This document shows, piece by piece, positions 50,475 to 63,624 of a stretch of 64,000 bases of DNA; within the stretch, counting starts at the first letter, position 1, and each line of letters opens with the position of its first letter. The notes under the pieces were generated by a model. It was given only the letters and a program-made list of their open reading frames with translations. It was not told the DNA's origin and made no database searches. The stretch is taken from the NCBI GenBank assembly GCA_002104905.1, contig MCFE01000452.1, positions 8,930-72,929 on the forward strand, in the 5' to 3' direction. A program made the translations under genes and the position numbers. This DNA is from Basidiobolus meristosporus CBS 931.73 (Eukaryota; Fungi; Basidiobolomycota).

Positions 50475-51798
50475 TTCGTCTAACTCATTCACAAAAGGAC
50501 GCCATGGGTCTTCTATCAAATCAGAAATGGTAGGGTGTGGTGTTCAAAAACCTTTGCAAGTTTAGACAGGTGGCGCACAGTAGAAGCATTAGCAGTCCAC
50601 CACTGGCCCAAAATAATCGCTTATTTTCGTTGTAAAGAAGACAACCGGGATCTCCTGATCCTTCAATATTATATTTAATAATCAGACAGTCGATTTTTGT
50701 CGAATAAGCGGCTTACCGTACTCTGATTGGACCCTTAAGAAAGAAGGCTTGCAAAATGCTAGGTCACCCATGCACCAGCACTGAGCATGAACGAATGTGT
50801 AGATTGTGGCATCTTCTTGACTGTAGAAAAGAGGTTTAAAACAGGCCTGTAGACGAAGTCCTACCTATTTTGAACCTAAAATCCATTCCTAACTAGGTTA
50901 CAATGGGAAGTTGCTGTGAGGTGGAATGAACCATGAGAGATATAAGCTTAAGTCGCGTTTCACTGAATCATCCATGTATGATTCGCGCTGGAAGTTACCA
51001 CCATCAATATACTTAACAAATGTATCAGATTCTAGTTATCGAGCCTCTTCAGGGGCGACAATTTGTAACCATTTTGATAGAATATTTCCGGTCAAGTCAT
51101 AGTATCCACAAATTTCGTTGTCTTACCTGGCTGCGCCGATATGAGCACATCGTCGATCACCGTTAGCAATGTCATCAATATGATTAGTTCAAGGCGTATT
51201 CGACTGCACTGAGCCTGGTAGGGTGAACTCCGTTCAAGTACGTGATTCTATGTTGCGCCATATATATGTATGCTATTGGGGTTGATTTGGAATCATGATC
51301 TGTCAACAGCTGGTGTGGCCATGAGCGATGGCCACTAATTAGAGGTGCACACTTTGTTACTATAGAGCGCATCATTTTTTACATCAGGATCAAACCGTGA
51401 CTTACCCGTAGCAGAGAACTTTTGGTTTGTTGTGAAAGCACTGAAATAACCCGTCCTACCAAGCAGGAAATATTTGTAGGTACTGACAGGATTTTTGGTT
51501 ATTTAGAAGTTTGACTGATAAGCCGCGTAAGCGAATGCACGGTCACGGAAAACAGCCACGTATTTGGAGCGAAAAAACCATTGAGGCCCGATACTGAATC
51601 CATTGATGGTATGACCTTAATGAATCTCTATTGGATTCAATAGGTTTATGGTGGTGAACTCCTACTTTATTTCTGTTGTGTTAAACATCATCCTTCAAAT
51701 ATGTTTCTTACATATTGGTATAACATAATAATATTGCTAAACACTCTGGTTAACCCTTCGTTTCCGCCATTCTCGCCTAACTTCTTATATCGGTCCAC

Positions 51799-52110
51799 TC
51801 AGCGTCTACATTTCCCCAGCTGCGGATTCTTCTTTATTTCGGCAAGTAGCTCCTCGATCTTGCTCCTGTCATTCTCAAGGGTATAGCACCCTGCATCAGC
51901 TAGGCATTGGGCCGATGTCTCAACCAGGAAGATGATGTACCCGTTGTAACAGAGGGCATTTTTCCCGACCTCGTTGAAGATGATTCCCGGGTAGTTTTGC
52001 GGAGTAAACGGATTGCTGGAAGAGTCAGGGCACTTTGTAGAGTATGACTTAGCCTCTCCTACTGTAACTATAGCAGCACAAGCAGCGATAAACGTCAGGA
52101 TATACTTCAT
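51799..52110 (-). CDS. small secreted Cys-containing protein, subfamily B, copy B1 (103 aa)
   Basis: Signal-peptide-like N-terminus; family core NPFTPQNYPGIIF; paralogues at 54989 and 61190. Confidence 0.85.
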   Translation of the reverse strand: MKYILTFIAACAAIVTVGEAKSYSTKCPDSSSNPFTPQNYPGIIFNEVGKNALCYNGYIIFLVETSAQCLADAGCYTLENDRSKIEELLAEIKKNPQLGKCRR

Positions 52111-52719
52111 TTTACAAAGTAATAGGACAGCGCTCTGCTCCTTTTATCGAACTTTTATGGTTTCCCCTTATTATAGAGATTATTTACTACGACATAGCAT
52201 CAAGTGGCTTCTCATTGAAAGTTGTAATGCACACCTCCCTGATACGAACCCCCGACTATTCGAGCGGTGAATAAATTTCCCATGGCACTTTTCTCTCACC
52301 ATTTATGCGGCATGTGCCCTTTTCCTGTCACTACGGGGATACCCCACCATGTACAATCTGTTTTGGCACTATATACAACAGGTTTATTTAAGCCAACTCC
52401 TTCGACCTTATGGCTAGATTAATATATTAATAGATTCATATTATCCAGCCTATTCAATGTGCATGTCACATTTCCGTAGTTTCTCTTGTTTCAACAACCA
52501 TATATAGATCAGCGGTGCTGCATTATTATTATTATAAACCGGACACAACGGAGAAATATTTGAATCGTTCAATTACAACTACTCTTTGTTTATTTTGATT
52601 AATATTTGGCCATTGTTTATTGAGATGATCTTTGTACAATTACCATATTTAGTCGAATTGCACCGAAACTTTATTTCTTGCGCCAATAAGGTTCTACCTT
52701 TAAAGATCACCCTTGGGTT

Positions 52720-52953
52720 TTCTCTCTGCACCACACCTGTTTGGAGTTTCACTTTAAACACATACCCACCAAGTCTTGCATATTTAGATGAACTCTCACA
52801 ATTGCAGAACACATTGAAGCCATTCATCCAAAAGATAATTACCGGGTAGACTCTGGAGTGGGCGGATTACCTTCTGGATGATTAGCTCTCACGCTTTGAC
52901 CAATGGACATCCCGGAAACCAACCTAGGGGCTAAATCGACGCCACCTAAAGCG
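52720..52953 (-). pseudogene. relic of a subfamily C-like gene (D1)
   Basis: Minus strand reads LAPRLVSGMSIGQSVRANHPEGNPPTPE/YPVIIF/MNGFNVFCN...PNRCG with frameshifts and a deletion; CCAAACAGGTGTGGTGCAGA matches the C1 3' end. Confidence 0.65.
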
Positions 52954-53721
52954 ATATGCTCTTACTTATCCTTGTACATTGAATATCAGAATGTATGCGA
53001 GTTAGTTGACAAAATTGGGGATCCTACAATGTCGCGCTTGATTTTCCATGGAATCTGAAGTACACCATTACTACCCACGCTGTACCCCAAGCATACGCAA
53101 AACTTCAATTGCGGTCGTAAAGATGGGGCTGGCTTCTTCACGATAAAAATCTCCGGTCTAAAAATCCTTCACATCCACTGAATGAACTATTTCGAAACAC
53201 CTAGTCTATATATTCAGATGTATTTTGACTATTATGTGGAAGATTCCATGCTTTCGAAAGCACTAACCTCCGACAACGTGAGCATTCCTTTGCTGGGGCG
53301 AAGGAATGGATTTGATGGTTGATCACTGATCTCCAATGCTGTATATACTAGATTCTTAGAACCCCAAGGAATTAAAACGGCGTTAGCCTTATAGATAATT
53401 AACTTTCACATTATAAGGAGAATTGGTAATTGATGGTCCCCTAGGTGGAAACCCAAAATAAGGCAGGAACCTACACCGCATAACTCGGTACTATTAGGTA
53501 ATAGCACATTATCAGTAATCACAACGTTGGTTTCCCCCTTCCAGATTATCATAATTAGCTGGCAAACATATCTTCGAGGACCAACTTCAATACACCGTTA
53601 CATACTTCAGTGAGGTAAATACATGATCATTACTCAGTTTCCATCTTTGGTTGAACTTCGTCAGAACTTTATTTCAGGAGGCAATAATATTTCTCCTACA
53701 TAGGTCACTCGCGCATTTCCT

Positions 53722-54021
53722 CTACTTTCTGCACCACACCTGCTTGGGGTGTCGCTTCAACCTGGCCAACGCCCGTTCAAGATCCTTCCTGTTGAAGTCC
53801 AGAGTGTAGCTTGGGGCATCCGCGAGACACCTCAATGAAGTCTCGCATATGTAGGTGAGCACACCTCGATCGCAGAATACGTTGAAGCCATCCTTCCTGA
53901 AGATAATCCCTGGGTAGTTCTTTGGGGTGAATGGATTTCTGCGTGGAGAATCCGCTTTCGCCCCTTGGCCAAGGCACAGTACGGATATAAAGATAAGCGC
54001 TAGAGCGGAGATGTTCCTCAT
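53722..54021 (-). CDS. small secreted Cys-containing protein, subfamily C, copy C1 (99 aa)
   Basis: Signal-peptide-like MRNISALALIFISVLCLGQGAKA; family core; 4 mature Cys; 2 aa different from C2. Confidence 0.85.
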   Translation of the reverse strand: MRNISALALIFISVLCLGQGAKADSPRRNPFTPKNYPGIIFRKDGFNVFCDRGVLTYICETSLRCLADAPSYTLDFNRKDLERALARLKRHPKQVWCRK

Positions 54022-54988
54022 ACTGGAAGGTGGAATGTTTGTCGAATGCTCGAAAGGCTGACCTTCTTTCTATATTTATGTGATTCTCAATAGCCTCATG
54101 GTGATGTGTTGGCTGATCTATTTGCTGGTCAAGCATACATCGCCAAGGCAAATGAGAAGGGATTCGAGAGCTGAACTGGAAGGGTATAGCCTACAATTTA
54201 ACGCCATCGTGAAGCGCTTAGTAATACCCGCTGAAAGACCTAGTCGTTAGTCATGCGCAGTTTAAGTTTTGGTGGATCCAATCAAAGAGCCTTTTAAGTG
54301 TGCCATCATCAGTGGGTGTAACTCAAACCCGATAATCATTTAAAACGGCGCACTAAGTCACATATTCTGACCAATATAGTACACCTACTCCTACAGACCA
54401 ACAGTTTCAAACCATTTCGCTTGCCATGTACTCATGTGGCGCCTGGGTTCCAATTAGGTAGCAAAGGTGTACGCCTCCTTGGAAATTCAAGACCCATCAT
54501 ATGATGGGAAATCGAGGATCAGTAGAAATAGTGTATAGTTGTTGGCAATATCTCCACAAGTATTGCTACTCTTCGGGTCCAATGGAATAGATCCTACGAG
54601 TGGGAAATCGAAATTCTCGCTGCTTTGTCATTATTTTGCTTTATCTACCTCGGTTAGCCAATAGGTACTCAACTGGGAGAACTTTCTGGCATCTGAACAA
54701 GCAGATGGGTTGTAAGGTCAGTCATGGACCCCTACCACTGTACGTATCATACTCCGGTGCGCACTATTCTAGAAAGCAGAAATGCCATTGGTCTATTCAG
54801 CATCTGTAGGTACGATCTATAGCCGATTTTATGAAATGTTGGAAATCCATCGAATGTGTTCTGTGGCTTTATTTTTGACATTGTGAACAGCATTCGCAGG
54901 TATTGATTGCACATTGGTATTGTATAATAGTATTGCTACATGATCCTGTCAATCATTCATCTTCACCATTCTCATCTGCCTTGCTATA

Positions 54989-55309
54989 TCAGTCCACTGA
55001 GTGTCTACATTTTCCCAGCTGCGGATTCTTCTTTATTTCGGCAAGTAGCTCCTCGATCTTGCTCCTGTCATTCTCAAGGGTATAGCACCCTGCATCAGCT
55101 AGGCATTGGGCCGATGTCTCAACCAGGAAGATGATGTATCCGTTGTAACAGACGGCACTTTTCCCGGCCTCGTTGAAGATGATTCCCGGGTAGTTTTGCG
55201 GAGTAAACGGATTGCTGGAAAAGTCGGAGCACTTTGTAGAGTACGAATTGGCCTCTCCGATTCTAACGATAGCAGCGCAAGCAGAGGCGAATGTCAAGAG
55301 ATATTTCAT
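54989..55309 (-). CDS. small secreted Cys-containing protein, subfamily B, copy B2 (106 aa)
   Basis: Paralogue of B1; residues 54-102 identical. Confidence 0.85.
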   Translation of the reverse strand: MKYLLTFASACAAIVRIGEANSYSTKCSDFSSNPFTPQNYPGIIFNEAGKSAVCYNGYIIFLVETSAQCLADAGCYTLENDRSKIEELLAEIKKNPQLGKCRHSVD

Positions 55310-56889
55310 TTTTTGATGCTGTCATGGCAACGATCTATTCCTTTTATCATGTTCATCAAGCTGTCATAGAGGATAGAGGTAGATGTACACCAGATGTTGT
55401 GATACGGAACTCCCTAATTCTGATATCCGGTTATTTGAGCGGAAAATTTTTTCTTCCGGCTGCTTTAATATACGGACCCATGAGGTGATATGCGGTTTTC
55501 ATTTCCCACTATTCTGTTCACATCACTGGCTTTGAGCGATGTACTTGGGCTTAGCTTAGTAGAAGACTCAAATTTTACCCACACTTGTACCACCAGCTTA
55601 ATAGGGGCCCGGCAGAAATGAAGACTAGTCGTTGCTCTAACCAGTTTAAAGTGATTGTTCCTATTTCATCAATGATGTATGCATCTAAATCTTTATCCTG
55701 GTGTAACATAATCGAGTTTAATGGTATAAAGCTACATCTCCTCAGGCTGGTGAGTATATTTGGGCTACACAAAACTGAGCCCTGGTTCTTCATCCCCATT
55801 GAGATACCAATCAAGGCTATAGTATCCACTGTCTTGGGAATAGGATATGGTTTACCATAAAGAGGTCAGATTTACTCGTCAACTCTTTATCGATTATGGT
55901 TGCCTGTTTCAGTCAGAATCATCATGATTAGTAGGTTGGTATATCCTGTTCTCTATGTACTCTAGTACTATTAAATCTTGACCAAATTTCTGATTTAGGT
56001 TATTCAGAACACCGATGATTTCTAGATTAGCATTCTGAGTTGAAATTTGCCAGCTGGTAAGAGGTGAATTTAGAACCTAATGGAAACAGAATGCCAACCT
56101 TATGACAGAGTAATTTACAATCATTCTCACAGCTTGGTACGATTCAGGGCAAAATAAAGTTTGAGACACTGCACCAATGAATCAACTGAGATATTGCAGG
56201 CTATTTTAAGATTATAAATACATGTATAGGATCTCGAAAAGTTGACTATACATGTATATACATTGGTGAGTTATTTCTGATCCAATAGATTTCTCGTCCA
56301 TCCCACTACGTTCTTTGTCACTAACCATATTTGGTACGTAGGCGCACGCTCAGTTAACAGTAGCAGTGTCAATGTTTATTGAAATCTTGGGATCTATGTG
56401 GGCTGTGTTTCAAAAGTGAGACCTCTGATCACCAGTTCCAGGAATCTATCTGAGTGGCCAGGATTGGAGTACTAAACAGTCGCTTTATTGCAGACATTAC
56501 TTATCGATATTTGTTACACAAGCTTATTGTATCGGTTCACTCAGTGTTCACATTTCCCCAATCAACCCTAACCCAACAGATATATTACCATATATCGTCA
56601 TTTCCCCCTCCCTCCCCCCCCAAAAAAAATACCTACAACTGGACACCACTCCTGCTTTAACGTTGAAAGTCAGGCAAAATTTATTCACCTTCCAGCGTAT
56701 TATTGATCAGGGAGCTTTTCATATTCCACTACCCTGGAACTTCATAAATTTTCATCGGTTTCAGCCATCCGATGAATACCTTACAGGCAAAGCTCTTCCA
56801 TAGATAAACAGATTTATTCTGGTTAAATAATTTTAGAGCTCTCTTCAATATGGCTGAACAGAAATTTTCAATAACTTTAGACTAGTTCG

Positions 56890-57258
56890 TCAAGGCGATA
56901 CCTCACTTTGCGAATCTGACGTTGCGTCGCCTGGTCTGGATGGAGGCCATATTACCTGATTCGAGGACCTGCAGTAAACATCGTTAGGGTTTCTCTTCAA
57001 CCTGTCCAACAGTCTTCGTAGTCTTCTCCAGTCTTTGTCCACAATGTAGGCGGGAGCATCCGCTGGGCATTGCAGTTGTGTCTCGCATATAAAGATCACT
57101 TGTCCACGATTACAGAATGCAAGAATCCCATGCTGTCTGAAGATGATTCCTGGATAGTTTCTCGGTGTAAACGGATGACGGCGTGAGGAATTCTCCTGCG
57201 CCCCCACGACAAAGAGCATGGCGATACAAGCAAGTAGCAATGTCAAGATATACTTCAT
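56890..57258 (-). CDS. small secreted Cys-containing protein, subfamily A, copy A2 (122 aa; 26-aa C-terminal extension)
   Basis: Identical to A1 over 96 aa, then reads on through RSSNQVIWPPSRPGDATSDSQSEVSP. Confidence 0.85.
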   Translation of the reverse strand: MKYILTLLLACIAMLFVVGAQENSSRRHPFTPRNYPGIIFRQHGILAFCNRGQVIFICETQLQCPADAPAYIVDKDWRRLRRLLDRLKRNPNDVYCRSSNQVIWPPSRPGDATSDSQSEVSP

Positions 57259-59916
57259 TTTAGAAGTTTAGGTGATGGTCAGTGAGAACGCTTCTGAAAG
57301 CGGCTCTTTTAAGGCTTTTGCGGTAAGCTAGCTCTGGAAAAAGCAGTGTTCGAGCCCTAAAGGTCATGAAACATGGCGCTGTGAGTTCGTGACTTGTTAT
57401 TCAACCCATTCGCACAACGACGCCAGGAATTTTTCACCAAATCAGAAAGGATACTGGATGTGGTGCTCAGAAACTCTTGTGATTTTAGACTGCTGACACA
57501 CGATAGAAACATCAGTAGTCCATTACTGGCTCAGCTCAGGCGCTCATTTTCCTTGTAAGGACAATTTCTAGAGTCTCTTCATCTAACGATAATATATTTA
57601 GTAGCCAGTGTTAACTTTCATGGAGTGAGTAAGCTGTAATACTCCAATTGGGTCCTTGACAATGAGGCTTGCGACATGCTAGGTCATCAACAAGCAAGCA
57701 CCCTGATCACAAACGAGGATGCTGAATTGGACATGCACTGGACTAGGGAAGAGGGACTCCGAGCAGATCTGTAGACCGAAGCGTATCTTAAACTCTAATC
57801 GACCCAAATATGGTGCACCTCACAAAATTACCAAGGGACTAGATGCCTAGGAGAAGCTGAATGCCCCATGGTAATTGTGCTCAAGAACCTAAAGAAATAT
57901 AAGCTTAAATTGGGTTTTACCGCCTTGCGCCCACATCTGATTCATACTTGATGGTGCTACCACCGACACAGAATGTCTCAGTTTCAGATACTCGCTACCG
58001 AATCTCTTCAGGGGCGACAATTTGTAACCATTTTGATAGAATATTTCCGGTCAAGTCATAACATTCACGTATTTCATTGTCTTACATGGCTGCGCCAATA
58101 TGAGCACATCGTCGATCACCGTTAGCAATGTCATCAATATGATTAGTTAGCAGCCATGCTCAAGGCGTATCCGATTGCACTGCACTTGGTAGGGTGAACT
58201 CCGTTCAAGTATGTGATTCTATGTTGCGCCATATATATGTATGCTATTGGGGCTGATTTGGAATCATGATCTGTCAACAGCTAGCGTGGCGATGAAAGAA
58301 TTCGATTCATTAGAGGTGCACATTTTGGCTCTAATGCTATGAAAACTGATTTACGATCATCTTCAGTTAATGGATGGTGTAGTACACATCAATACATTAA
58401 AGACGCGTTGCTCAGACACTATAGTACATATCAACATTTCCACTAGCAGCAGGTCTCGACTCTCATATAGCAGTATGATCCTCATATTTCATGAAAACAC
58501 CTTGTCAAACAGTCTTACCAGATCAGTAAGATACCACTTAGCTTGGATTGCGGTATTGAATCCTAGTAGTACTAAGCAGAACTATTAAATCTCATAGTAT
58601 CATCTGTTGTATTAGAAAAACATTGGCTAATTTATTTGAGACTTTTCAGGAATGGGTATCCTGCTGACGTACAGTAGATGCACTGTTCGTTTGCTGCCCA
58701 GTGGACGTAAGTGAGCCTGAAGAATTTCTGTTTTCAAGTGTCATCCATGGTCTCTCGTCGAATAGGTAGACTGCAGCGGAATAATTGGATGTTTGCATAT
58801 CGCTCCACTTCGTCCAAGGATGACCATATCTCCTTTGGAAACGTTAAGAATAGTTTGAACCTTGCAACCCAAGTGCATGGTATACTGAGTAGGCCACTAG
58901 GTATGTTGAGCTTACATCTAGTGACTCATGCATTCTGGCTCCTAATTTTGCCAACCCACTCCCATCCATTCAAATGCTCAATGGATTGATACCATATAGT
59001 ACAGTGACTAAACCGCCTCAATCATATCAACCGGCGCAACCATTGGTCACTCCATTGATATACCTTCTGAAGCAACCTTCCCCCCTACCTTGAGTTTGAC
59101 TTACTAACGGATAATTTGTGTTTTATAACGGAATTCTCGGTCCAGAAATTATCAGTTAGCTGAGGTTGGAAACAGCGTTGCTAAGATGTTGAATAAACTG
59201 TTTTGCACCACATAGGACATGTATCTAGGAGTATACTCACTGTGAGATGGGAGATTCTACGCTCAAAGAAGCATTATCCTCTTCCCCCCCCAACAACAAC
59301 AACAACCAATGGAGCCCGGGTTTTTGGTAAGCACTCCTAAGCGAGAATGAACGAATGAATTACCAATGCTGTATGTTTCATACATTGGTCTACTAGAATT
59401 CCGTAGAATGGAAATAGCGTAAGCCCAACAGATATCTGACTTACATGACACCAGAAGCCTATTTCCCCGCTTACCAAGAAAGTTCTTGAGCAATCAGAGG
59501 GTGGTGTGTATACAGCCATTAATATAAATATAGCAGGATTGTTTTCCCAGTCTTCAATTACATTTGGTATAGTCAGATTGATATTTTCGGGCTAGGTAAA
59601 GCGGTACTACACACCTTGCTTCATCATGAATAGTTCCTGACCAACCACGTGGTTGGTTGTGGATAGGAAAACAGCATTACACTGATTTCTCTGCCGCATA
59701 ATTAATAATGTAACATCAGCCATAATAACAATGGCATCGACTGCTATGATTAGATGACGAGTGCGTCTGTGGCGAACACTTTTAGTCCACCATTACATAC
59801 TTCAGCGAGGTAAATACATGATCATTACTCAGTTTCCATCTTTGGTTGAACTTCGTCAGAACTTTATTTCAGGAGGCAATAGCCTTTCTCCTACAAAGAT
59901 CACTCGCGCATCTCCT

Positions 59917-60216
59917 CTACTTTCTGCACCACACCTGCTTTGGGTGTCGCTTCAACCTGGCCAACGCCCGTTCAAGATCCTTCCTGTTGAAGTCCAGAGT
60001 ATAGCTTGGGGTATCCGCGAGACACCTCAATGAAGTCTCGCATATGTAGGTGAGCACACCTCGATCGCAGAATACGTTGAAGCCATCCTTCCTGAAGATA
60101 ATCCCTGGGTAGTTCTTTGGGGTGAATGGATTTCTGCGTGGAGAATCCGCTTTCGCCCCTTGGCCAAGGCACAGTACGGATATAAAGATAAGCGCTAGAG
60201 CGAAGATGTTCCTCAT
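59917..60216 (-). CDS. small secreted Cys-containing protein, subfamily C, copy C2 (99 aa)
   Basis: Paralogue of C1 (S5F, A69T). Confidence 0.85.
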   Translation of the reverse strand: MRNIFALALIFISVLCLGQGAKADSPRRNPFTPKNYPGIIFRKDGFNVFCDRGVLTYICETSLRCLADTPSYTLDFNRKDLERALARLKRHPKQVWCRK

Positions 60217-61189
60217 ACTGGAAGGTAGAATGGTTTTCGAATGCTCGAAAGGCTGATCTTCTTTCTATATTTATGTGGTTCTCAATAGCCTCATGGTGAT
60301 GTGTTGGCTGATCTATTTGCTGCTCAAGCATACATCGCCAAGGCAAATGAGAAGGGATTCGAGAGCTGAACTGGAAGGGTATAGCCTACGATTTAACGTC
60401 AAAGTATAGTGGAGCACCTAGGAGCACTCTCTATAAGACTTGGGGATTGATCACACATACTTCAAGCACTGGTATATCCAATAGAAAGGCCTCACATTGG
60501 TGTCATCGTAAGTGGGGCGTAATACAAAAATAACCTCCATACTAAGGATCACATAAGGTTTTCTATTGTGACCGATTGGAGACTTCTAATTCTACGACCC
60601 AACAGTTTCAAACCATTTCGCTTGCCATGTACTCATGTGGCGCCTGGGTTCCAATTAGATAGCAAGGGTGTATGCCTCCTTAGAAATTCAAGACCCATCA
60701 TATGATGGGAAATCGAGGATCAGTAGAAACAGAATAAAGTTGTTGGTAATATCTCCACAAGTATTGCTACTCTTCGGGTCCAATGGAATAGATCCTACGA
60801 GTGGGAAATCGAAATTCTCGCTGCTTTGTCACTATTTTGCTTTATCTACCTCGGTTAGCCAATGGTTACTCAACTGGGAGAACATTCTGGCATCTGAACA
60901 AGCAGATGGGTTGTAAGGTCAGTCATGGACCCCTACCACTGTACGTATCATACTCCGGTGCGCACTATTCTAGAAAGCAGAAATGCCAGTGGTCTATTCA
61001 GCATCTGTAGATACGGTCTATAGCCGATTTTATGAAATGTTAGAAATCCATCGAATGTATTCTGTGGCTTTATTTCTGACATTGTGAACAGCACTCGCAG
61101 GTATTGATTGCGCATTGGTATAGTATAATAGTATTGCTACACGACCCTGTCAATCACTCATCTCCACCATTCTCATCTGCCTTGCTATA

Positions 61190-61510
61190 TCAGTTCACTG
61201 AGTGTCTACATTTTCCCAGCTGCGGATTCTTCTTTATTTCGGCAAGTAGCTCTTCGATCTTGCCCCTGTCATTCTCAAGTGTATAGCACCCTGCATCAGC
61301 TAGGCATTGGGCCGATGCCTCAACCAGGAAGATGATGTATCCGTTGTAACCGACGGCATTTTTCCCGGCCTCGTTGAAGATGATTCCCGGGTAGTTTTGC
61401 GGAGTAAACAGACTGCTAGAAGAGTCAGGGCACTTGGTAGATTACAGCTTGACTTCTCCAACTGTAGTAAGGATAGTACAAGCAGCGATGAATGTCAAGG
61501 AAAATTTCAT
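61190..61510 (-). pseudogene. subfamily B copy B3, nonsense codon just after the signal peptide
   Basis: MKFSLTFIAACTILTTVGEVKL*STKCPDSSSSLFTPQNYPGIIF...GKCRHSVN*; same length as B2; Cys54 replaced by Gly. Confidence 0.85.
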
Positions 61511-63624
61511 TTTCTGATGCTGACATGATGTCGATTTGTTCCTTTTATTGGGTCTTCCTGGTGGTCCCAGAGATACATGCACACTAAATGCTTCAACACA
61601 GAACCCCCTGATTCGAATTCCCAGTGGTAGATGATTTTCTTCAGTTGTACTAATATGCGGATACTTCTATAAGAGGGGTGGGTTTGGAGTGTGACGTTTG
61701 TTTACCCGATATTCTGTTCTCACCACTAGCTTCTAAGTAAATTTACTGGCAGCTGTACTATCGACGCAATAGGAGCTTGGCAGAAATGAACATTATTCAG
61801 TATACCAACCGGTTTAGTATCATTACACCTCCTTTACCATATGCTCCTAGACTCTATGGAGGGTTCAATGATCAGGCCCATGCCCCCGTCATTCAATAGA
61901 GCTAGAAGACCTCGTCACTTGACGTTGTGTGTGGTTAGACCATATGAATCATCAGCAGTATGCTTAGTAGGGGTAAAATATTCGCTGTCTTGGGAACATG
62001 GATATGATTCAGCTTCTATTTGATGCGATCAGATATACTCATTCACCATTCATGATGAGAATTTCCAACCTGGAATCTTTGCTGGGATAAAATCATGTGC
62101 TGCCAATTTTGTTAGAAAGACAGCGTTTTGACATCATAACTGGTGAATGAAATTTTGCATGGGGACCTAAATGAAGGGACATAATTGAATACAGTTCCTA
62201 ACCTTGTAAATTTTATTCAGGTTGGACTTTTGCTGATATTGATATGGTACTCTGATTTAGTATAGTGACTACCTTATATTGATAGTACAACTTTTGTTAC
62301 ACAGGTACCAATCCAAGAAGTGAGCGGAACTTGGAATCTGGTTGAAATTAGATTCTGGTGACAGAAGGCAATTGGTAATTAGCTATTACATCTCCAGTCT
62401 AGTACACATTCAGAATGGAATAAGTTTTGAGGCTGGATAGCACTGGGCCTGCTAGGGCAATACAGACCACAAATGATATTTAGAGCTTTCTGTAGGCATG
62501 TGTTGCTGGGTATCTAATTTTCTAACAGCAATTTTTCATGAAAATTGGTAGGGCATATATCTTTTGACATGGGTGATCATACTTGGGACATGGATATTTT
62601 TAGGTACATGAATGTGTCGACTATCCGTATTTCAAGTTGCTCCAAGCGCACTCTTCCCAGTATAAGTGAACTGCTGAAACCTACCTATTTCAGAATACCC
62701 ACTTTAACTCTATTCATATCTGGTATAAAGATGCACACAGTTACCACAATAGTGTTGAGACCATGATCCTTGGATAGTTTGGCTGATTAAACGAATGGCT
62801 GCAAGGTTCAGTGATGAATGTCAGGAGAGGCTTCCTTTTCGGATGTCGACTATCCAAAGCAGAATTTGTGAAACATCTCCCTCAATGCATAAGTGTTCCG
62901 TGCTGATTTTACAGCGGCATTAATATGAGGGCACTTCCAACTATTACCTGGTTCTTTTCTAGACATATCAATAGACCTTTATTCATGCGCTATTTGATTC
63001 GGGCCCTCTTCTATAAGCACGCTGATCGCCAAGAACTTTCCAGTTGAATGTTCGTGTAGGGCTTGAAGTGTAATGGGCAATAGACTGACACATCAAGCTA
63101 TATGATATATCACTTTCATTGGCTTTACCTTTACCTTTCTTCCAGCGTGATCGATACTTGGCCACATGGTTTGCAACCGATTCTTATCCAATGACTACAA
63201 TGAATAAGAAACCATACCCCCCACTCGCCTCCTCCAAGATAGCCATAACAGGATTGATTTGACATTCAAACATTAATAATCAGTCAGGATATTGTCCTTA
63301 CGGCGCATTAAAGCCCAATGACGTCCTTGTATACTATATTTTTATCATTCATTGGAAAGGCCTGCTACACTGGAACGTTGGGAACTTCAATCTACTTTGT
63401 ATGTCCCGTTTCCGCCGGAAACAACCTCCAAGTAACCCAATGAAAGATATTTTCAAGCAATAGATGTATTTATTCTGGTTACATTATTTACTATCCCATC
63501 ACAGAATAGCCGAATAGAGATAGCATACATACTTTGACTGGTTTGACAGGATGAGAATCTGACGCAAACGCAATCTCACCTACCTAGATGGAGGCTAGGT
63601 TACCTCCTTGGTGGACTCGACTCC

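Noticed and set aside
53777-54151. 124-aa ORF overlapping C1 in another frame (and its twin at 59972-60346)
   Set aside because: It overlaps the real signal-peptide gene, has no recognisable features, and its conservation is explained by near-identical DNA duplication.
54600-54809. Duplicated 69-aa plus-strand ORF (also at 60801-61010)
   Set aside because: It has a non-ATG start and no motifs, and lies in a recently duplicated intergenic block.
58330-59760. Possible additional family member between A2 and C2
   Set aside because: I could not find the PFTP/NYPG core or a signal-peptide ORF on either strand by eye; a translated search would be needed.
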